From NCBI GenBank assembly GCA_051362555.1, contig JBPQGU010000016.1, forward strand, positions 1,488,001 to 1,552,000: a stretch of DNA of 64,000 bases, written 5' to 3'. The DNA is from Lingula anatina. Taxonomy: Eukaryota > Animalia > Brachiopoda. The notes beneath the pieces are model-generated. The model made no database searches, had not been told where the DNA came from, and saw nothing but the letters and a program-made list of their open reading frames with translations. The stretch's first letter is position 1. Each line of letters begins with the position of its first letter. Shown piece by piece: positions 29,089 through 41,195 of the stretch. A program made the translations under genes and the position numbers.

Positions 29089-32000
29089 GGTATATATTAC
29101 CCTTGGTTTATGTAGGCACATGGAGTCTAATGGACGCAAGCGACGACAACAATGTGGCCGGAATGGTGGCGCTCTACAAGGTGGATCAGTGCAATTTTTT
29201 CTTTACTCCTCCTCTTGATAGCTCAGGGTCAGGTATGTTAAAGGCGTGTTTGGTATTATAGATTTAATATTTTACCAACTTCCGACTATAATTTCAATTC
29301 TAACACAGTCATTTTTTTAACAAAACTCGATATATGTCTTGAACACCTGTCTCGCTGAAAGTCGAAGTGTTTTGGCATATATCGCTTGGGTGACAGTGTA
29401 TTATCTCATAGGCCCTACTTATCTCTCATATCTGGCATATTTACATTGTGTTCCAGGCATCACTCATACGTACTATATAGCCGCGGTGGAGAGAATGTGG
29501 GAGTTTGCGCCTTGGAAATTTGACCTGATTGTCGGAGGAAGTATTACAGACCCTTCCAAGTAAGTTGTTTGTCATAATAATGATGATCATAGTACTGGTA
29601 ATAGCAGTGATGGTAATGACAATTTAATTGTGGTAAGAATGATGATGACTTGATATCACTGTTGATGTGGACGATAGTGGCAATAATATTTATAATGGTA
29701 ATGTTTATAATGTTTTAACATAATTAAAATTACGTCAGTAATGATAATGGTAATTATGATCTTGAGGAAAATAATATCAAAATAATAGCGATATATTTTG
29801 TTCAGTCTTATCTTCATATGAACAGTGTCAGTTGATGATAAATAATAGATTTAACCTTTTTCGAAAGAATATACGCCCGTTCTAAATTAAACTCGACAAG
29901 GCCGATTTTTTCTGTTGCTTTAACTGAAATTAAAAGGAGAAAAACTGAACTCTGAGTTGTTCAAATATTTAGTATGATGTACACGTTCGCTCGACCTGAC
30001 TGGCCGTTCCTTGGTACCCGCTTTAAAAAAGCTCTCTACAGAGAGTTCACGGATGCCACCTTCACCGTGGAAAAGATTCGAAGTCCCGAGGAAGAACACC
30101 TGGGTATCATGGGGCCTTTCATAAAAGCAGAGGTCACAGATACCATCAAGGTTCGTTTCTTCACAATTTTCTGTTGTTTCAATCTTTTGTACCTCATGAA
30201 ATATATTTACTTTAAAAATACGAGGGACCTTGGAAACGCACTTTCACGGGAGTTTGTAATATTGTTCCTGTATTAAATCAGTAACTATATATATGTACAG
30301 GTATTTTGCAAACGTTAAGGCAAAAGCAGAATGTTTTTAACATTTGATAAGTAATATGAGGTTTACATGCAATTCATTAATTCTGTCTTCACTTCAGACA
30401 TTGACGCTAAAAATACATACAAATGTTAGCCTAAGGATTTTCTTTTCTTCTTCCTGTTTTAGGTCGTATTTAAAAACATGGCGTCGCGCCCGTACTCAAT
30501 TCACCCTAACCTTGTGATGTATTCCAAGACAGATGAAGGCCACGCCTACAAAGATGGCGTCAATGAGGCAGCGGGGGTGCCACCTGGTGGAATAAAAACT
30601 TACACGTAAGCTTCATCACCCTGGTTTAACAAAAAGTAATGTCAATTCCCTGGCTTAATTGATCAGGATTTCCATACGAGTGCTGCAGCACTGTTCCTGA
30701 TAGGTTAAGGCGCGTGCAATTGACTGTGTAACGTTGGTAACTAAGTTCGTAATCAGGGAAGCTGACTTATGTTTTTTTTTCTCTGAAACGGTGGCCTGGT
30801 CTTAATCACACACACACACACACACACACAGTATACAAAGTACTAGTAATTGCCAATGTTCTTTTAGATGGGAAGTACCGAAATCCTCTGGTCCTGGCAA
30901 AAACGACCCAAACTGCATCAGTTCTGCCTACCGTTCTGCCGTTAACTTGGAGAAAGACTTTGCTTCTGGTTTGGTTGGACCTATGGCTATTTGTAAGAAA
31001 GGTAATTGCTTAAATGTTATTTATTTATTTACTTATTTATTTATTTATTTATATGTTACCACCTCAGGGATGAAACACGTAAAAATACAAATGAATCAGT
31101 GCTCGGGCAACAGGCACACACTTGGCTGTCATATAATTTCAACCAGTCCATCGGACTGATCTTATTAAACGGTATACCGGGGTACATTTATTTAAATGCA
31201 ATAAGTCAAATTAAGGAAGGAAATAAGTGACTGAACATGCAACTGTGGAACTTCCGGATAACACATTAACCGACCTTATTTGTGTGTCATAACAACAAGT
31301 AGAGAAGACAGTATCCAATGGCCGGTGGAATGCTTTTTAATGGCGAGACTGTTGTGCTAAATCAAATGAAGATTTTGTTTTAATTTTATGTCTCTAAATA
31401 AATTAACATTGCTACAGGTACACTTTCTGGCAACAAGCGTCGCGATGTGGAGAAAGAAATCGCTACATTATGGACCATATTCGATGAGAATGATAGTTGG
31501 TATCTTGACGAAAATATCATGAGTCATCCACAGTATCCCGGTTATTTACCAGACAAGACTGATGCAGAATTTCAAGAAAGCAACAGATTCCACGGTATGT
31601 AATTATATATTTGTTTTTTTTCTTTCTGTGTTCCCCCTTAATTTGAATTTAATTAAAATCACTTCGTTTGTTAATTTGACTCAAATGCTTTCGAGAATTC
31701 TACAAATTCCATGGTAATATAAAATCTGTTTATGGCATAAGTGCTACAAGAACCTGAAGGATTTTGGAACAATTTTCTATTTAGCCGTGTAGGATAATGT
31801 ATTCCATGAAGGAATTTTTTATTTATGACTAGTTAGTTCCTGGGAGATGGTGTTGATTTTGTAGCACAGCTTTCTGATTCAACGTTGTCTTTACCTCATT
31901 GTAGTTATCAACGGACACATTACCGCCAAAGACTCAGGGTTTAACATGAAGGAATGCGACCTCGTGGCCTGGTATTTCATTAGCTTCGGGGGTCGCGCAG

Positions 32001-32895
32001 ACATCCACACGGTGCACTTTCACGCGCAGTCGTACATCTGGAACACGGAGAGCGCGCACAGAGGGGATACCCTTGAGGTAATACTTCGTATTCGTCTGCA
32101 AAAACAAAACAAAACAAAAAAAAAAAGACCAGTGCGACAAAGATGGTAGTCCGCCTATTCGATCTGTGGTCCGTTTGTTACTAGATATTTTAGATATTCG
32201 CCCTTTTAGGCTCACCCAGATGCTGCCAGATTTTAATCCTAGAATTAACCTTTGCATGACCGGAAATAGCAGTGCACATGCATATCTAGACCAGAATGCA
32301 ACACGCATAACGTGGTGCATGCTCATCGTTATCTGTGGAAAAGTGCGTGTGCTTATGCTTTATATGGGATCTCAGACGATCTTTCACAGGACTACCATTC
32401 ACGTCACACCGTTTAAATTTCAAGTAAACGTAAAGAGGCCAGGTTTGAATTTACTTTCTTTTGGTCATTATCTTAAGGTATACGCCTTGGCTCAAAATTC
32501 CTTGAATAAAAGGTTCAGTACTTTTCTTTCAATCCTCATCTACAATATCACATAATGCATTGTACCAAGACGCGTCCATTTTCCAACTGAATTCATTTGG
32601 TACCGAGAAAAATGTAATGCTCGGTTATTACTAAAATCAAACAGTGAGATAAGAAATTATTAAAATTATTATTATTATTAGTAGTAGTATTAATCATAAT
32701 TAAGGTGTTCTCCCATTTTTACAGGTATTCCCCGGTATATTTGAAGTTGCCACAATGTTGGCAGACGACCCGGGCTTATGGTTGATGCACTGTCACGTGG
32801 ACGACCATGTGGGCGCTGGCATGATTACTCAATTTTTTGTCGAGAAGTCAGCAGTTCCTGTGCAATGCTCAAGGGTGCATAACGCGAATAAATAA
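17940..32895 (+). CDS. Ceruloplasmin/hephaestin-like six-domain multicopper ferroxidase, copy B, ~1323 aa, secreted, with Pro/Thr/Cys/Trp-rich N-terminal extension
   Basis: 26 exons: 17940-18390, 18823-18942, 19372-19482, 19907-19984, 20195-20227, 21079-21169, 21519-21643, 22208-22330, 22925-23143, 23362-23470, 23797-23997, 24508-24614, 24876-25056, 25805-25982, 26474-26585, 27504-27688, 27951-28086, 28431-28646, 29116-29232, 29457-29559, 29973-30150, 30463-30605, 30868-31001, 31418-31594, 31905-32077, 32725-32895. They sum to 3972 nt in one frame. Trinuclear-cluster motifs HPHG, YHGH, HTVHFH and [12 protein letters not shown] are present. Signal-like [14 protein letters not shown]. The exact start is uncertain because an acceptor at 17926 implies an upstream exon. 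Joining the first five exons to the oxidase rests on phase compatibility (all phase 1). Confidence 0.92.
21719..21994. mobile_element. Non-autonomous DNA transposon, CAGGGGCGGAT termini
   Basis: CAGGGGCGGATCCAG ... TAAATCCGCCACTG with subterminal G-run/C-run. No clear TSD. Confidence 0.7.
26848..27073. mobile_element. MITE family 1, copy in opposite orientation
   Basis: Internal sequence is the reverse complement of 2390-2607 (e.g. GAGTCTCACTAGATTACTGTCAG, GTCCCGCCTACTA). Confidence 0.75.
28943..29087. repeat. Interrupted (TA)n microsatellite
   Basis: Two (TA)n runs separated by a ~35-nt spacer containing ATATGCCGG twice. Another long (TA)n lies at ~35580-35650. Confidence 0.95.
30618..30797. 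mobile_element. Dispersed MITE-like repeat (second copy at ~39301-39516)
   Basis: Shared core CACTGTTCCTGATAGG ... TAACGTTGGTAA[C/T]TAAGTT ... TGAAAC in introns of two unrelated genes. Confidence 0.6.
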
Positions 32896-33674
32896 CAAGA
32901 GGTCAATAGGCTTGGGCTCTGAGTTTTAGCTTGGGAAATTTGTGTAAGATTTTAGATTAAAAGTTGATTGAATTCAGTAAAGATAATTCCATAGATATCA
33001 AATGAGAGTAGTGGGTAGCTATGAAATATTTTAACAAGACTGTATAATACAACCGCTTGTGAGCAGAAACGAAGTGGCTGAAGAAGTGATTTTTTGTAAA
33101 TAATAATCATATTTTTTACTTACTAAAATGTCTATCAATAAAATACTCATTTGGTTCACGGCCCTGAAGAAAATAGGCAGAGGCCAGCATATCTCTTTAT
33201 AATTTAGGAACGAAACGATGGAATACTTGTATCCGTCTTTGTATGTTTATTTAAAGATTTAAAGGTTTGGATAAGCAATATTATATAAGACGTTGGAGGA
33301 TAAACGAGAAGTCTACTGGAAAAATTGTCAAACATCAAGATGGCAAGAAATAGCAGTCTGTTGTATAGATATACCTGTAAACATACCTCACCTCAGCCTT
33401 AGTGGCGTGTTTGAAAACAACGAAGCTTCGTCTTTTACACTTTTTGTTTTCATTTTAATTTCTAAATGATCGGTTTAGCAGATCAAATACTCTCAGGTAT
33501 ACCAGGAATATCAGATGAAGCTGTCTCGGTGGATGCATTTTGCCCTCGGCGAAGTCTCATTTTGGTACATATGTTAGCCGATACAGGAAACCGATATCGA
33601 GACTTATATTGATACCGAAAATTAAATATCCAAGACTTAGCAAACTGATATTATAACTGAGATTATAACTTAGA

Positions 33675-33868
33675 ACATGTTGTTCCGCGGACTAACAGAT
33701 CCGTGAATCAAATATGACCGACCCACCTGAAAGCGTGCTGCATAGTCTCCTGAGTGACCCTGAATAGATGTCTCGCTGGGACAAGTAGGCGAGTTTTCGA
33801 GAGTGTCGGCCATATTTGATCTCAGATCTGTTAGTCAGCGGATCAACTTCTGTTGTGAATGCAGCCTA
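33675..33868. mobile_element. Palindromic MITE-like insertion downstream of ferroxidase copy B
   Basis: GTTGTTCCGCGGACTAACAGATC..TCAAATATGACCGAC / GTCGGCCATATTTGA..GATCTGTTAGTCAGCGGATCAAC. Absent from the homologous flank of copy A (~12670-12710). Confidence 0.6.
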
Positions 33869-35577
33869 AGAAGTTCTTTAAGACTCAAACAAATGGATGG
33901 CAAATATGAACATGATGTGCAACAGTCAGAGATGGTCTCAGCGGAGGTTTAATTGGCTACGAATTTCAAGAAGTATAGTTTTTTCATATTGTTTGTTTTG
34001 TAGGAATACCTCTATTAAATGCAAATAAATATTTATCGGTTAAAAAACAAAGAGAAGAAATATATTCTTGGGGATACATGGATTAGAAATGTTATTGGCA
34101 ACTTATTTATTGGTCTCAGTTTATGATAGTGATTTCTTATCCGGCTTCATACATGTAGAACAAAGGTGAATCACCCTTCCTATCTGAATAATCTTAAAGT
34201 ATTAACCTGTTGCTTGTTTGGGGTTAGATTGATTTATTCTTCCACGCATATCCCACCCGTAGGATATGCGCATATCTCAACAAAACGGAGAGAACATATG
34301 TTACATATTTGCATTGCATTTTTATTGAAATTGCCAAGAAGTTTCGAGATACATGACGTGTGTCTTGGTAAGCTGCCATTTCATACCTGACCTTCAGGTC
34401 ACGAATAAAAAAAAAACCGCCGTTATGTGACCTATAATGTCGACTCAATTGAGCGAGTCCATTATTTCAGTTGTTAACGACATGTTGTGCTATAGAGCGT
34501 TAGACCTTTGTAGCAAAATCCAATATACCTGGAAATTTTAACGCATTTCCTTTCGTTATAAAGGTATCAAAACCGTTGACAAATTATGAGTTATAAATTG
34601 GAGTTTTTAACATTTTTCCTAGTGTTGTGGCGTTTTCGAAACCGAGGCCTTAGAAGTCACTTGAGAGTGGCTATGCCGGTTCTGGAATTTCGTATTTTGC
34701 CTTTGGGACCTGAAACCTGTATAATTATGTTTTATTCAGCGTGGGTTGCTGAAACGTCAAAACTGCCAACGATGATGCCACGTGATCAAGAGTCCGCTTG
34801 GTTTTGGGATGGTACTTAAATCTACTGGTTGGTGACAGCTCACTTATTCGCACTTTGTCGTGAGTCCGGTACTCATTGAGAAGGGTAGAGAGGGCAAATA
34901 AGACAGAACGCAGAAAAGACAGGCTCATCAACGTATAGCCAGAAGTTTTGACGAAAGAATTACTTTTTCGGTAAGTGTCCATTTTATAAAATTGGTACAT
35001 GGTTTCACGGTTTTCTACAAATTGTGCTCAGTCGGAAGGTTTGCATGTAAATTATGGGTTATTTGTTAGCAAAATTCAAGTTTTATCCATAAATATCATA
35101 ATTTTATTTGTCTAAGTGTATTTTCTTTTAGTTCATATATGGATTGGTTATGTGTAGTGTATACAATGCTTGGACCATTATTTTTTGTATGCGTATGTGG
35201 ATATTTCTAATAACACATATGTAATAAATCTCTATTAAGACGCATTTTGCAGAGTATACGGGATGCTCTGTCGTGTGGTATATGCCATAGAATGATCTAA
35301 CGTGCGATGCATACCTTCGAAATATTTCAAAAGTAACACTGATAGAGAAACAGTTATTTTGGAGTCCGTTGACACCCTAAACACAAAAAAGCAATATAAT
35401 AACTAAAGAGTACTGCAAGCATCAAAGCCTAGTGTATGTCGGTCTACCCCGTTTTCCACTATGGCTATAGGCTTGCAAAGGAAAAGTTTGGTGATAATGA
35501 TCGTGTGTAGTTATTCGTTTGTTTCTTCCACAAAGCTTCCGTCTGTATAGCTGGGCACTGACTTGATTTTTAAACCA

Positions 35578-35654
<77 letters not shown>

Positions 35655-37778
35655 ATTTCTAAACATTTTTTCATGTATACTTCTTATTGTAAATTTTTTG
35701 TTTGTTGAAATTAGTTGAGGAAATTGTGAGCTAATGTCAGTAATGTTAACAAATGTAAAATTCATTTATGTGGTAGGAGTGTATAGCCATGTATTTGCGT
35801 GTATGAAGTTCAAGTTAAATCTTTTTTTTATTATTTCTTTTCGCAATTTTTTACTAACCACAGCACTTTTATTTTTTCTTCACATTTTATGTTATTAATA
35901 TTTTACGACATATAAACATAAAGACGAAGGCCTATAATAAGGCTTAAATTATATTTATTAGGGTTCTTGTATTTCAAAACTACATTATGTAAGTTCGTTT
36001 TAATTAAATGTTATCACATGGTATAACTATAGATAAATATGTCATGAAATTGTTGCCACTGTTGTAAAATTATTTACAAAAAATAAATAAATAAATAAAA
36101 TAAAATAAAATAAAAAAGAAAACAACATTGGCGTTAAAAGTGCACTTTTGGTATTATTTTCAGACTCAAAAGTTTGAATAACAAACGCAGAGTTGTTGAA
36201 ATCCATTAATTGGAATACGTACTGCCTCCAACGTGTTTTACTCATTTTTAAGAGGTGTCAATCGATAAAAACTTTTATTGTTTCAACGTACTTTTATAAT
36301 ATTTTGATTCGGAATACATTTACAATTTTATTGCTTTATATTCCCGGGAACAGCTAGGTTAACATATTTTAACGTTTTAATTTCTTAATTGAAATGGAAT
36401 AATTTAACCTCAGAATTTCTCCATCGCTGAAATACTAATGTTGTGTTTATCTATGTCGTCATCCTAGTATGCCTGTAGCTGCAAACTCCTCTTTTTGCCC
36501 AATTATACAATCCACGTATTGCTGGGCAGTGATACGAAGACGCGTTACTCGGGCGTTGTTAAGACGATCATTTTTTTTTGTCTTAGTGCAACGGGCGTGA
36601 ACTGGGAGAGTAAACCTGGCGCACGGACGCCAGGCGTTGCGGTTTACGACAGTCGTATCCCAGCAAATTTACGCCCCGTTGATGCAACCGGGTCCAGGAT
36701 CTTGGCTATCAAGGACACACGACAATGAAATGATTTAGAGATTATAGCAAATATCTGTTACAAAGGATCGTAATCTTTACTCTTGTCAATTACTACACAA
36801 ATTTATCTGCAGCGATTACGGATTTATCCCCCCAACCGGTTGCCATCTACACCAAATTAGTTTTATAAGAACAGAGTAAATCTAAAATATTTTTATAAGC
36901 AGGTGTTTTCTGAGGGAATGTTTGATGCACTTGAAATCAATCTTCTCTAAATTACAGGGTCAGAATTTAATCCAATGGATATTGCTCCTATGCTTTTGTG
37001 AGTGAGATTTTGAGAATTCTTGTTACTTTCTGTTAGACAGAAAGGCATATAGAAGGCAAGCCAAAGCCCAATAAATATACAGCCTCCTTCCATCGAGCTA
37101 GTGATATCCCACTTGATTCATTGGGGAAATAAATTTATCAACTTTCACAAGTTTGAGGAGCACCTATCATACTGCCTTGTTACCTGATAAAGCTCTGATT
37201 TAAAATTCCAGTTTATGTGCATTCTGTGAAAAAAAAAATACTGCGTCTTTTACCTCCCCAAGCTTAAAGTAACTGCAGGTTTTCTTCCGTTTTGGTGTTA
37301 GATTTGGTCAGGAGGATTTGGTGCTTCAATTCTTACATTTGCGTCGCTGGGTGTTGGCATTTTTCCTCTCCCGTGGGTGGCATCCAGATGTTGTTCTGTA
37401 TACAGATTTGTTCTCTTCATTTTTACATATTTTAGCATGTGTCAATGCTGCTTGAAGACATTATACATTCTCACTGCGCAAATGCTGGTGTCAGATTGCA
37501 AATGGTATCACGCCATGCTTATTGATACGTATAGAATATTTAACCTCTTTGTTTTAAGGTGACAAGGTTACAGATGTCAAGGGCATACCGATAGCTAAAA
37601 ACAGGGTATATGTTCCTTCATAATACTCTTTTTTTCTGGGTATATTTTATAAATTCAGATTGTTTTGAAGTTATGCATACTCTAATACGGATCTTATTAT
37701 TGATAGGTTAATTGAAGTGATATCTTACTATTCTAGTTTTGCTTTATTCTATTGACTTGATAAAACAATTGACTATAT

Positions 37779-38022
37779 GAGACCATTACCAGAGACTATC
37801 GTACCAACTGTGGATCGAACTTTCTCCAAGGGGATTCTCAATTAATTGCAATTAACTTAAGCGGCTTAGGTGTTTGTCACACCTATACTGAAGTTAATAG
37901 GGGGTAATTAACTATCGTTTTGCAGCTTAAGTAGGCGTCCCAGACATCCAGGCCACTTAAACCGGAAGCAATTTTGCAAGAAGTTGGACCGATCCTGTTA
38001 GATCGATCTAGGGTTGGGAACC
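37779..38022. mobile_element. MITE family 1 related subfamily, inverted copy
   Basis: GAGACCATTACCAGAGACTATCGTACCAAC... is a reverse-complement match to the right end of the 7483-7718 element. Confidence 0.7.
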
Positions 38023-38534
38023 TTTAAATATATACTTTGGAGGTGTTCAGCCCACTCCAGATCTGGTGCTTAAGTTCCACCCAGCAGTTAGGACTTTGTG
38101 ATCTCTCGACCGGTTGAACTGAGCCGAGATTTAATGACTGTGTCCCTGCAGGGTCGACGCGTGTGAGAGGCGTGTGAGAGGCGGAGAGACCATAACAGGA
38201 TTAAGCGGTCTTCCTTTCATGTAGGTCCTCCATTTTTCGGTCGTGGCCTAGCTAGCACTCGGCTCTTCTCATTCTGAATGGTCTCTAAGAGATTTCACCC
38301 ATGACGGTACAAATGTAAAATTTGGAACTAAAAATATTTTTACAGAGCCTGGTTTTCTCAAAGCTTGTGGATAGTGTATACGCATGCACAAGGGATACAC
38401 CTGAGTGATATAAAATGATATTTTAGATAACCAGGAATTTTTTCTTCGTTGATTTCTTAACACAATGCTTTAAATATAAATGTAAAATCATTGGTTACTG
38501 TCACTTTTGTGTTATAGGTTTGATTTGATCAACG

Positions 38535-40832
38535 ATGTGGTCACTGCAATTCTATGCTGGAATAGTCATGTTGCTCCTGCTGGACACACAGGTGGAAGGT
38601 ATGTATACTTACAGAATATATGAACAGAATATATACCTTGATCTCGCAAATAATAAATATGTCTTTGCCATCAGAAATTAGCGAGAGGTCCCGGGTTCGA
38701 TCATCATAGGCAAGGTGTTTTCATAAAAAATACAAAACATTTATATTCGCCGTTTGGGAGGTAAATATTACCTGATATTGACCTATCTTTGACCGCTGTC
38801 GACCGGTCGGTTGAGCATCAAAATTCGTTATCATGTAAAAGAATGCGCTTATTATTTCAGGGGACCATTTCAAATTCGCCACAATCAGTTGTAGGCCTCA
38901 TCCAGCTGATGCACTTCAGGTTAGTTGTTGCACGTAACCTTGTTTTCATGGATTAGTCAGTTGTAACAAACACAGATTGTAACTTCATTAATGGTGAATA
39001 AGTTTCAAACCCCATATCTATCTATCTATCTATCTATCTATCTGTATGTATGTCACAAGCAAGATTGAAATCAGCCAGGCAGATTTTCAATCTGCCTAGG
39101 TAATATTTATAATTTTTCTCCATTGTTCCCGTTTATCCAGGTAGTCTGCACGTGGCGGTCTGCATGGGCCCTAAACAGTGGGCCATGTTATTACCCCTGC
39201 ACGCAGGATAAGATTGGTCTACTTTCCGATGGAGTTTATGGCCAGTGGGAGTGTTCTTTTGGTAAGTACAATACCTCGCATGCTCACAGATTAGCTAACT
39301 CAGACCCAAGTTTAAAAAGTCAGGTACCTGTCTTAGTTGACTAGGATCACCATGAGAGCGTTGTAACACTGTTCCTGATAGGGTATGATTTGCGCATGTG
39401 ACCATATAACGTTGGTAATTAAGTTTTTAGGGGATCTGCCTTATTATTTATTTATTTATTATTATTTTATTTATTTATTTATTTATTTATTTATTCTTTT
39501 TGTGAAACCGGACCCGGATGGTTTCAGCACGTCCAATGTTTCAATGAAGTTTGGTGAAAGCCGAGTGCTAGGAGGCGGCGTCAAAATATAATACTTTTCC
39601 CCTTTATCTTCCACTATAGGCTGCGGATCCACAATAAACATTGCACCTCATCAATACTACCTTACAGCCATAGATAGTATTGAAGATTACCAACAAGGCT
39701 GGAATGATTTCTCTTACACTTTGCCAAGTCCTGGTGTGTTTCACTTTGGGTAAGTCTGTTTTTAGTCTTTGTCCAACCCATTACACCCATTAAACATCTT
39801 TCATTGATCTAGTTACTAGGATCATAGTATGCTATTATTCTTAGAGTCCCATTGAGACGTATAGAATGTCCTATAGGGGTTTTTCGTAAGGGGCATTTAT
39901 TTAGTATCATTTACATTAATTAAGTGTGCTTTGTAAAATGTGTGATATTAAGTTGGACAAATCGCAGGCAGCATTGAAATCCAAACCAAATGTTTATATA
40001 TTAATAGGATATTCAAAGTGCAAATAATTTGGTTAGCGTATTATGTAGGAAATGTTAGGGGCCCGTTTCACAAAATCACTTTTAGCCTGAAGGCGAGTCA
40101 TTCAGTTAAGCAAATTGTACATATCACAGCTCCCGCAGAGCTGAGTTGATCCACTGACACCTATGGTGTCTACGGGGCCTTACTGGGAAATGGGATCTTA
40201 AACAAAAATAACACGAAGAAATAATAGTACCTTCGTTTATTACAAACGGACGGCGCATTCGGTATAGTACTGACGTATTTTTTAGTCAATCGAACGACAT
40301 GTGTTTTTGTTTATTGGATTAAGTAAGTACTTATATTTACGCGACGCGTGATTTGCATCTTGGCACCTCAGATTTTCAGGTTGCTGCTGGGCAACATTGG
40401 TCAATGGAGGGGACAGCTGGAATATCTATACCCAATACAATGCCGGTGTTAGAAGCGACACGGGAAAAGCAAATGCTAGTCCTGTTACGGCAACAGTTCC
40501 AATCACTGAGTAAGTGTTCTGTAAATGCGCATGTGGGTTTAAACGGATATTGGTGTTGCTGTACTTGTACATGTACTACAATATATGTCCCCACATGTGA
40601 AATTGCTCTGCAACGTTTTTTACGCTAGTTACTACTGTAAATCCCATACAGCAATCGCTTTGAATAACAGTTTCCAATGTGTCTTGTATTAAAAATCCGA
40701 GCTATTGTAACAAAACAGTTATAGACTCGCCAGTTATAGACTAGGTACGCTTCCAGGCTATTGTGTAGAAAATGAGCAGTTTTAACTTTCATCATTATGA
40801 GTAACACTTATACACAGATTAACTTTCATCAG

Positions 40833-40878
<46 letters not shown>

Positions 40879-41019
40879 GCATGGTTGTTTCCTGTGGATA
40901 TCGGTTTGACATCCCGTATGCCGACCCAGACGGGGATACCGTAAGATGCCGCTGGGCAACAGGCGACGAGTGTGGAGGGATCTGTGGGCCACTGCCTGGG
41001 TCAACTTTATATCCAGTAA

Positions 41020-41068
<49 letters not shown>

Positions 41069-41156
41069 ACACAATACTCACACACACACATGCAAGCACA
41101 GCCAATACCGGTGCTACTTTATTACAGCACGAAAGCTCTCTCTCCTCGCACGCTCA

Positions 41157-41195
<39 letters not shown>

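Noticed and set aside
38680-38705. tRNA gene (GCGAGAGGTCCCGGGTTCGATC, B-box-like)
   Set aside because: Only a T-arm-like fragment with no cloverleaf. At most a tRNA-derived SINE remnant.
40833-40879. Upstream acceptor that would add a poly-Ile/Leu tract from the (ATT)n repeat to the TSP1-gene exon
   Set aside because: It adds 47 nt, which is out of frame with the preceding phase-2 exon.
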